From assembly GCA_041659405.1 (NCBI GenBank), contig JBAZYK010000004.1, positions 96,852 through 128,851 on the forward strand: DNA of 32,000 nt, written 5' to 3'. Each line of letters starts with the position of its first letter. Position 1 is the first letter of the stretch. A program made the translations under genes and the position numbers. This document shows, piece by piece, positions 26,176 to 32,000 of the stretch. The notes under the pieces were generated by a model that saw only the letters and a list, made by a program, of their open reading frames with translations, was not told where the DNA came from and ran no database searches. This DNA comes from Candidatus Altimarinota bacterium. Lineage in GTDB: Bacteria > Patescibacteriota > Gracilibacteria > UBA1369.

Positions 26176-27354
26176 TTATCCTTTAAATTTTCCAAAAAAT
26201 CCATCTTTTAATCCTTTAATGTTAACTCCACCCTCTTGTGCCAGTTGTAAATAAAGTTCTCTTTCTTTTCGTGTGAGTTTTGCCGGAATATCCACAGTTA
26301 CCTTTACAAACTGGTCACCTTTTTCATCGGATTTTAATTTTTTGATCCCGTATCCTTTCATTTTGAAAATTTTCCCACTTTGTGTTCCTGCCGGAATCTT
26401 TAACTCGAATTTTCCCTCTAGGCCCGCTACTCCAACCTCATCGCCCAAAACCGACTGCAATAAATGGATATGAATTTCACAATGAATATCGTAGCCATCA
26501 CGAACAAAAACTTTACTTGGTGCCACAAGCAAATGAACGTATAAATCGCCCGCAGGTCCCCCAAAAGTCCCCGCTTCACCTTTCCCCGTAACTCTAATGG
26601 TTGAATCATTATCCACGCCCGCAGGAATTTTCACGCGCATTTTTTCGCTTTTACGAACGCGCGTCGTGCCATGGCAAACCGTACATTTTTTTTCTTGAGT
26701 GCTGCCCTCTCCATAACATTCGGAACAAACTTGAGTGGTCGCCATTTGCCCAAATAAAGTTTGGCGTACGCTTCTTACTTCTCCGCTACCTCTGCAGGTT
26801 GGGCAAATAATTGTCTTGCTGCCAGGCTCCGCGCCTGTTCCACGGCAATGATCGCAGCTGAAAGTTTTTGTGATTAGTAATTCTTTTTCCGTGCCAAAAG
26901 CCGCCTCTTCAAAGGTTATCTGCAATTGAAATTCAATATCTTCACCCTGTCTTGGTCCACGTTTTTTTCCGCGTGATCCACCGTGCCCGCCGCCCTGTGA
27001 TCCAAAAAAAGTTTCAAAAATATCCGCAAAACCACCACCTTCGGAAAATTGCGAAAAATCAAATCCGGATCCATTAAAACCTTGTCCAAAGCCCGCACCG
27101 CCGCCTTGTGCGCCGCCATATCCGCCACCACCAAATGCATCTGCCGATCCAAACTGATCATAATTGGAACGTTTTTGCTTATCGGAAAGCACTTCATAGG
27201 CTTCATTGATCTCCTTGAATTTGCTCTCGGCTTCTTTATTGTCTTTGTTTCGATCAGGATGATACTGCAAAGCCATCTTTCTATAGGATTTTTTAATTTC
27301 CTGATCAGTAGCGCCTTTTTGGATACCTAATATATTGTAATAGTCTTTGGCCAT
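26176..27354 (-). CDS. dnaJ: Molecular chaperone DnaJ (type I Hsp40)
   Basis: J-domain ([34 protein letters not shown]), a G/F-rich region, and four CxxCxGxG zinc-finger repeats ([32 protein letters not shown]). The start is set at MAKDYY (ATG 27354-27352). The tracked ORF's 15-codon extension overlaps tRNA-Glu. Confidence 0.95.
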   Translation of the reverse strand: MAKDYYNILGIQKGATDQEIKKSYRKMALQYHPDRNKDNKEAESKFKEINEAYEVLSDKQKRSNYDQFGSADAFGGGGYGGAQGGGAGFGQGFNGSGFDFSQFSEGGGFADIFETFFGSQGGGHGGSRGKKRGPRQGEDIEFQLQITFEEAAFGTEKELLITKTFSCDHCRGTGAEPGSKTIICPTCRGSGEVRSVRQTLFGQMATTQVCSECYGEGSTQEKKCTVCHGTTRVRKSEKMRVKIPAGVDNDSTIRVTGKGEAGTFGGPAGDLYVHLLVAPSKVFVRDGYDIHCEIHIHLLQSVLGDEVGVAGLEGKFELKIPAGTQSGKIFKMKGYGIKKLKSDEKGDQFVKVTVDIPAKLTRKERELYLQLAQEGGVNIKGLKDGFFGKFKG

Positions 27355-27363
27355 AATTTTTTT

Positions 27364-27438
27364 TGGTAGTCCTAACGGGAGTCGAACCCGTGTTTCCACC
27401 GTGAGAGGGTAGCGTCCTAACCACTAGACGATAGGACC
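27364..27438 (-). tRNA. tRNA-Glu (anticodon CUC), CCA encoded
   Basis: The 75-nt reverse complement is GGTCCTATCGTCTAGTGGTTAGGACGCTACCCTCTCACGGTGGAAACACGGGTTCGACTCCCGTTAGGACTACCA. It has a Glu-type short D stem, the anticodon loop CTCTCAC, and a T-arm ACGGG-TTCGACT-CCCGT. There is a G1-U72 wobble pair. Confidence 0.9.
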
Positions 27439-27467
27439 AAATGCCGCCTAAAAATTGCAGCCCTAAG

Positions 27468-27496
27468 ACTGTAGCCTAGAATAACAGGAATTTCAA
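27468..27496 (-). promoter_or_regulatory. Putative promoter for the tRNA-Glu/dnaJ transcription unit
   Basis: On the minus strand: TTGAAA (27496-27491), a 17-nt spacer, then TACAGT (27473-27468), about 30 nt upstream of the tRNA 5' end. Confidence 0.45.
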
Positions 27497-27667
27497 TGAG
27501 TCGTGGTATTAAAATAAAACAAAAGGGGGCTCTCTCATTTTCAGCGGTTCTTTTTCACCCATTTTACCGAATCAAAACCTTCTATGGTTATGCGGATGGC
27601 TTTGATTTTTTTTACAAGCTCTGCCCCGGTTGTTTTTGGCTTTTTGCTAATTTTGATGGTGGGGAGT

Positions 27668-28081
27668 TTAAGCATAAGATTGAGATTTAATAATCTTATT
27701 GTATTCTGTCTCCATTTTAATATCAAATGTATAAAGTTCGTCAACCTTAAAAAGCAAAGCTGAGGTAATGATCAATAAATCAAGTGCTCTTAATTTAGCA
27801 TGTCTTGCGCATTCCAATACGTGTTCATGCCAAAATTTATAATCATAATCCAAGAGCATAATATTGTCCGTATTATTGAAGATCATTTTCACTTCCTTTT
27901 CAAATGAGGGTTGATTTAGTTTAATGATATTATTCATCACTTCCGCGTAAATTATCATCGGGACCAAAATAATTACATTCCTCTTCATTAGTTTTTTAAA
28001 AATTTGATCAGCCTGTTCTTTGTGCATATCTCTAACGAATAACGATATCCATACCGAGCTGTCCAGCATCACTTTTTTCAT
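27668..28081 (-). CDS. PIN-domain ribonuclease (VapC-like toxin), no adjacent antitoxin ORF
   Basis: MKKVMLDSSVWISLF provides Asp1. YAEV provides the Glu. LRALDLLI and YTFD provide the further acidic residues. 137 aa, which matches the size and motif spacing of a PIN domain. Confidence 0.8.
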   Translation of the reverse strand: MKKVMLDSSVWISLFVRDMHKEQADQIFKKLMKRNVIILVPMIIYAEVMNNIIKLNQPSFEKEVKMIFNNTDNIMLLDYDYKFWHEHVLECARHAKLRALDLLIITSALLFKVDELYTFDIKMETEYNKIIKSQSYA

Positions 28082-28119
28082 GGGGGATTGGTTACTATCA
28101 CCACCAGCTTACCCCCTCT

Positions 28120-28162
28120 ACATTAAAATTTTCTAAACGGATTATGAAATCTGTCTAAAATC
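28120..28162. repeat. 43-bp direct repeat, copy 1 (upstream of the PIN gene)
   Basis: ACATTAAAATTTTCTAAACGGATTATGAAATCTGTCTAAAATC is identical at 41 of 43 positions to 29977-30019. Confidence 0.92.
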
Positions 28163-28243
28163 ATTGCGCCCACCTGTGCGCGCGCACAGAGTTCCATTAT
28201 CGTGCGCCATTGCGCTGTTATCGCGCCATTTAGTTCGCATAAC

Positions 28244-28277
28244 AAAAAACTTCGGCACCGTAGACGTCTACAGCGGC
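28244..28277 (-). terminator. Possible rho-independent terminator of the AbiE operon
   Basis: On the minus strand: GCCGCUGUAGAC/GUCUACGGUGCC, an imperfect palindromic stem centred on GTAGACGTCTAC. It is followed by GAAG and a U6 run (plus-strand A-run at 28244-28249). Confidence 0.4.
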
Positions 28278-28345
28278 TTTCTACCGCGGTGGTGGGCTTT
28301 CCACCTGTAATTATGCGCACTTTTTCTGAAACTTTGCCGTGCCGC

Positions 28346-29098
28346 TTAATCAATACGCATAAATGGAAGTGACCTTACCATGTCTTCAATTTTCTTGGGC
28401 TCCACCTTGCGTGAATAAAATATCCTGTCAATTTCCATTTCTTTTTGTTCCTCCAGGAATTTCCAATTATTAATAATATTGGCAAGAGTAATGGGTTTTC
28501 TTATTTCCTTCCGCTTAATGAATTTTATAATTTCAGCAAAATCCGGCTGGTATTTTTCAAAAAGCAAATATAAATCATAATAATCACGGTATCGTGCCCG
28601 TTCACTCATGGCTCTGATTTTTTCTGCGCATATTTCCCGCTCATCCATGACTTTTATGTTCAGATCGATTCCCCAAACATTATTGTATTTCATGATTTTA
28701 GGCGGCAAAAGTACATTTTGCAGAAAATCAATTTCAACTTTTAAAGAATTTGGCTGAATTAATGGGCCAATGTACTGCAGTTTTTCAATTTTTACCGTTG
28801 CGCCTGAAAGATAATCTTTTTTTATTTTTAAATATTTTGTATTAGTAAAAATATTACGAATATCTTCCAGCCTGATTGTTTTTTGATTAGCTGAAAAATC
28901 CAAATCTTCAGAAAATCTGTGTTGTTCAAGATAGCAGTGATTGAGCGCGGTACCACCTTTGAAAATTAATTTTTGGCCAATGGAAGACTCGGAAATAATT
29001 TGCAAAACAAGAGCAAGAAAATAATCTTTTTCGGCTATATGCAAAGGATATTGCAATGTTTTTCTGTTGATAACTTCCAGCTGCTGCCTTGTAATCAT
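28346..29098 (-). CDS. AbiEii/AbiGii-family nucleotidyltransferase toxin (DUF1814-type, type IV TA / abortive infection)
   Basis: LIFKGGTALNHCYLEQHRFSEDLDFS is the signature GGTAL...R.S.DlDf nucleotidyltransferase motif of this family. 250 aa. It has a 4-nt overlap with the upstream AbiEi-like gene. Confidence 0.85.
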   Translation of the reverse strand: MITRQQLEVINRKTLQYPLHIAEKDYFLALVLQIISESSIGQKLIFKGGTALNHCYLEQHRFSEDLDFSANQKTIRLEDIRNIFTNTKYLKIKKDYLSGATVKIEKLQYIGPLIQPNSLKVEIDFLQNVLLPPKIMKYNNVWGIDLNIKVMDEREICAEKIRAMSERARYRDYYDLYLLFEKYQPDFAEIIKFIKRKEIRKPITLANIINNWKFLEEQKEMEIDRIFYSRKVEPKKIEDMVRSLPFMRID

Positions 29099-29910
29099 GT
29101 AAGATATTTATCAAAGTATTTGTCGTAGTATAGGCGCCATTTTGAACTGAATCTATCGCTATCCTTAAACATCCAATGTGTGCTTTTTTTAGCACTGATT
29201 CTTTTATGAAGACCTGACGAATCAATGCCGATTAAATCCAAAATGAAACCAAAAATTTTCATTGTTGCGATGGAAGAATTGTCCAAATATTTATTCAGTC
29301 TGGCAAAATTTAAGCTTTTATTATGTTCACGAATTTTTTCAATTACCAAATCAATGGAATATTTATTTCTATGAAAATTCACAATATCTATCAGTGCTTT
29401 TTCTGCTGTAGCAATGCGCGTTTTACCTCCATCAATATCAAACTCCTGCCAGCCAAAATAATTTTTTTTTTGAGTCTTGATGAATTGATATTCCATATTG
29501 TTAAGTTTTACTGTTTTATATGCTTTCATTGATACTGATGTGGTCTTATCTGTAAGCTGATCAAACATTCCGTGATGTTGCATAGCCGACCAAAAGGAAA
29601 CATATGATTCAGGGACAAGAAGATTTGCTACCAGGTATGGAGATATAGATAGAAACCCTCTATTTCCAAAATCGGAAATGACATATAATCCTTTTTTAAT
29701 GCGCACAAGCCAGCCATTTTTCCTTAGTTTTACAATAGTATTTTTAGTTTGACCGTGATCCCAGAGACCGGTAGCCTTGTCAAAAATCTGCTCCGAACTT
29801 ACAACTTGCCCATAATTAACAATTAAATTTTCAAGTAACAGGCTTTCTTTGCTATTTAAAATGGTTTTATTCATATACACATAGTCATTAATATTTATGA
29901 CTTTATGCAT
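29095..29910 (-). CDS. AbiEi-family antitoxin / transcriptional regulator (type IV TA)
   Basis: It sits immediately upstream of, and is translationally coupled to, the AbiEii-like gene. It has a winged-helix-like N-terminus (ESLLLENLIVNYGQVVSSEQIFD...WLVRIKKGLYVI) and a typical size of 271 aa. The call rests largely on operon context. Confidence 0.7.
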   Translation of the reverse strand: MHKVININDYVYMNKTILNSKESLLLENLIVNYGQVVSSEQIFDKATGLWDHGQTKNTIVKLRKNGWLVRIKKGLYVISDFGNRGFLSISPYLVANLLVPESYVSFWSAMQHHGMFDQLTDKTTSVSMKAYKTVKLNNMEYQFIKTQKKNYFGWQEFDIDGGKTRIATAEKALIDIVNFHRNKYSIDLVIEKIREHNKSLNFARLNKYLDNSSIATMKIFGFILDLIGIDSSGLHKRISAKKSTHWMFKDSDRFSSKWRLYYDKYFDKYLT

Positions 29911-29976
29911 ATATTCTATACCATACCCGCTAAATGATCAATGTTTTGAATACGATGCGAACACAATAACAAACGC

Positions 29977-30019
29977 ACATTAAAATTTTCTAACCGGATT
30001 ATGAAATCGGTCTAAAATC
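29977..30019. repeat. 43-bp direct repeat, copy 2 (upstream of the AbiE operon)
   Basis: ACATTAAAATTTTCTAACCGGATTATGAAATCGGTCTAAAATC; see copy 1. Confidence 0.92.
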
Positions 30020-30235
30020 GCAATTTTATGATGATCTGGAATTCCTCAGCCCCGCCACTGGCACTTCCACCACCTCCCCATCCGATTACCCAAAATCCCA
30101 TAAAATTCACACTCCCGCATCCTCATTTCCCCGCTCGACTACCCAAAATCGCCAAAAATATCAGACCACACCACATTTCGCCGCCCCCGTCACCCGCATT
30201 TCTGAAACGTTTTACCCCCTTTGGAGTTTGTTAAA

Positions 30236-30264
30236 TTGACTTCGAAAACGTGATTTGTTAAACT
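30236..30264 (+). promoter_or_regulatory. Candidate promoter heading the long non-coding region upstream of the S-layer gene
   Basis: TTGACT (30236-30241), a 17-nt spacer, then TAAACT (30259-30264). Confidence 0.35.
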
Positions 30265-30714
30265 TTCGCGTGAGCATAAATCGAGCCAATGCACCAAAGT
30301 CGCACGGCTCGTTTAAAATAACGCTCACGGATACCCAAACGGATACACGGAAAATAAACCGGATAGTCGAGTTTCAAAAAAACATCAAGAGTAAGAGCAA
30401 AAACGGCCTCATCCAAATCCCCGGCGAACACAAACCCGAATACCCAAGGATGAGCCACAGACCTTTCTTTATACTATCGGATATACCAAGCAATTTTTGG
30501 TCTTTGAAAATCAGGCACACGAGGTTTTTCTTTCTCTCTTAGGTTATAAAACTCATCTCATTCATGAGCTTTTTTTGATAAAAGCTCTTCTTTCTTCTTT
30601 AAATTTATACTTAAATTTAATCGCGCTTTTACTCAAGCTATAAAAGCGAACTTCTCAATTTAACTTTGATCTAATTCTCTGTTTATTTATTTATTTCTTT
30701 ACCTTATAAGCAAA

Positions 30715-32000
30715 ATGGATATTGCTACTGGTTTAAAAAAGGTCCGCCAGGGTGTAGCTAGTATCAGTCTTGCAACTATGTTAGTGAGCATGCTCCTAAC
30801 AGGCGTTGCACAGGCTGCTGTGGCTAACTACAATGATGTACCAGCAGGTGCTTGGTACTACACCCCTGTCATGACTATCGCTAATGCAGCTATCGTTGAT
30901 GGCCCATCTGCGTTAAACAATTACAATTACAACCCAACAGGCGTTGTAAATCGTGCAATGATGACTAAGTTTGCCGTTTTGGCAGCTAAGTTCACTCTCG
31001 TAAATCCTGCAACTCCATCCTTCAAGGATGAAGATAAGGCTGCTTGGTACTATCCTTATGTTGAAACTGCTGCTGCTCACGGTGTTGTGAGTGGTTACAA
31101 AGATATTAGCGGTACTCTTACAGGCAATTTTGGCCCTGGCGACTCTGTAACAAGAGAACAGGCTGCTAAAATCCTCGTAAACGCTTTCTCTTTAGCTGCT
31201 TTCACACCGGTTAACGCATCATTCCCTGATGTTAACCCTACTATGTGGTCATATTCCTTCATAGAAACTGCTCGTCACTGGTCAGTTCTTAAAGGAAACC
31301 CAGATGGTACTTTCAAACCATTCAACAACATCAACCGTGCTGAATTGGCACAAATGGTTGTTGGTGCTATGAATCCGGTTGCTTTGGTTGATCAACCACC
31401 GGCAGTTGCTGGCGCGTTGACTGTAGCTCTTGCTTCAGACACTGCAAAAGGAACAACTCTTCCAAGCAACGCAACTTCTGTTTCGTTGATGAAGGTCAAC
31501 TTTGTTGCTGCGACAAGCGATGTTAAAATCAATGGCCTTACAATCCACAAATCCGGCGTAAGTGCATTGCCAAGTGCTTTCCAGGGTTATCTTTACAATG
31601 GAAACGACCGTTTAACATCCGGAAAGAGTTTCAGTGGTACAACTGATGACATGGTGTTCACCAATTTAAATCTTTCGATTTCAAAAGGAAACACTTTGGC
31701 TCTCACTTTCAAAGGTGATATGGGCGATGTTACTACAACCGGTAATGTACAATTCCAGGTTAAAGCGGTTGATTCCACTGCTGCGTCAGTAGGTGGTCTT
31801 CCTGTTACAAGTTCGGAATTCGCATTATCTACTACAGATGTTGGTTCTGTTACCATTACAAAGAATGGAACGGTTACAAATCCAAAAGTTGGTGAAGATG
31901 GCGTAACAATCGCTAAATTCAAGATTGCTGCCGCTACAGAAGCTGCAAACATTCAACAATTGGGTTTGTATCTTGCCGGAACTATCACTACAACCGATAT
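30715..32000 (+). CDS. SLH-domain S-layer / cell-surface protein, C-terminal part runs off the window edge
   Basis: The ATG at 30715 opens a frame that stays open to the window end (not in the ORF track for lack of a stop). It has a signal peptide (LATMLVSMLLTGVAQA-AVA). Three SLH repeats follow: YNDVPAGAWYYTPVMTIANAAIVDG..., FKDEDKAAWYYPYVETAAAHGVVSGY...VTREQAAKILV and FPDVNPTMWSYSFIETARHWSVLKGNPDGTFKPFNNINRAELAQMVV. After these come beta-rich Ig-like repeats. Confidence 0.85.
   Translation, partial: MDIATGLKKVRQGVASISLATMLVSMLLTGVAQAAVANYNDVPAGAWYYTPVMTIANAAIVDGPSALNNYNYNPTGVVNRAMMTKFAVLAAKFTLVNPATPSFKDEDKAAWYYPYVETAAAHGVVSGYKDISGTLTGNFGPGDSVTREQAAKILVNAFSLAAFTPVNASFPDVNPTMWSYSFIETARHWSVLKGNPDGTFKPFNNINRAELAQMVVGAMNPVALVDQPPAVAGALTVALASDTAKGTTLPSNATSVSLMKVNFVAATSDVKINGLTIHKSGVSALPSAFQGYLYNGNDRLTSGKSFSGTTDDMVFTNLNLSISKGNTLALTFKGDMGDVTTTGNVQFQVKAVDSTAASVGGLPVTSSEFALSTTDVGSVTITKNGTVTNPKVGEDGVTIAKFKIAAATEAANIQQLGLYLAGTITTTD

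Noticed and set aside
27355-27399. N-terminal 15-codon extension of the dnaJ ORF ([15 protein letters not shown])
   Set aside because: It is the tRNA-Glu gene read in frame. The canonical J-domain start [10 protein letters not shown] is at 27354.
28123-28353. 76-aa ORF upstream of the PIN gene as a possible VapB-type antitoxin
   Set aside because: It overlaps the AbiEii 3' end, runs through the putative AbiE terminator, the GC-rich palindromes and the 43-bp repeat, and ends 41 nt before the PIN start. The Arg/Cys-rich sequence has no RHH/AbrB/Phd-like pattern.
29977-30140. Short minus-strand ORF (39 aa, MGFWVIGWGGGGSASGG...ILDRFHNPVRKF) ending inside 43-bp repeat copy 2, considered as a displaced PIN antitoxin
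   Set aside because: It is a Gly-rich translation of the G-rich strand and is bounded by a TGA a few codons upstream of its ATG. Its shared C-terminal dodecapeptide with the 76-aa ORF simply reflects the DNA repeat.
30028-30234. 68-aa proline-rich plus-strand ORF
   Set aside because: It is an artefact of translating the C-rich/G-poor tract (CCN codons). There is no start context or motif, and the region is better explained as non-coding.
1-32000. CRISPR arrays, rRNA genes, IS elements, integrases and transposases
   Set aside because: No regularly spaced repeat array, no rRNA-like conserved stretches, and no ORF with recombinase or transposase motifs was seen. The island and the AbiE cassette therefore cannot be called classical mobile elements.

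Overview
A 32-kb window of moderate-to-low GC, read with the standard genetic code. It is probably from an uncultivated small-genome bacterium, possibly of the CPR/Patescibacteria type; that placement is inference only. Most genes lie on the minus strand. Housekeeping and envelope genes: a partial membrane protein, a GT4 glycosyltransferase, NAD kinase, an Ala-rich secreted protein, pyruvate phosphate dikinase and a polyprenol-kinase-like membrane protein. There is also a pbpC-like PBP / ECF sigma / 2171-aa alpha-2-macroglobulin gene string, plus tRNA-Lys(UUU), a CvpA-like protein, tRNA-Glu(CUC) directly abutting dnaJ, and a partial SLH-domain S-layer protein. Two accessory regions stand out. 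(1) At 18.6-25.0 kb, next to tRNA-Lys, a ~6.4-kb segment holds two convergent operons. The plus-strand operon encodes an archaeal-type AspRS, a PNP/UDP-family phosphorylase, a SAM methyltransferase, a small ORF and a HIT hydrolase. The minus-strand operon encodes a QueC-like PP-loop ATPase and a CysK-like PLP enzyme. Each operon starts from a near-identical, mirror-image module containing a putative promoter, a short leader, the ATG and the first ~17 codons. Weaker collinear homology boxes lie further upstream on both sides. I consider this the best candidate for an undescribed system: an aaRS-linked nucleoside/amino-acid tailoring or immunity island with duplicated control regions. (2) At 27.7-30.0 kb there is a toxin-antitoxin/abortive-infection islet. 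An AbiEi/AbiEii pair is bracketed by 43-bp direct repeats. One repeat copy also sits just upstream of an orphan PIN toxin gene. No CRISPR array, rRNA, integrase or transposase was recognised. All functional calls rest on motif recognition by eye, not on database searches.
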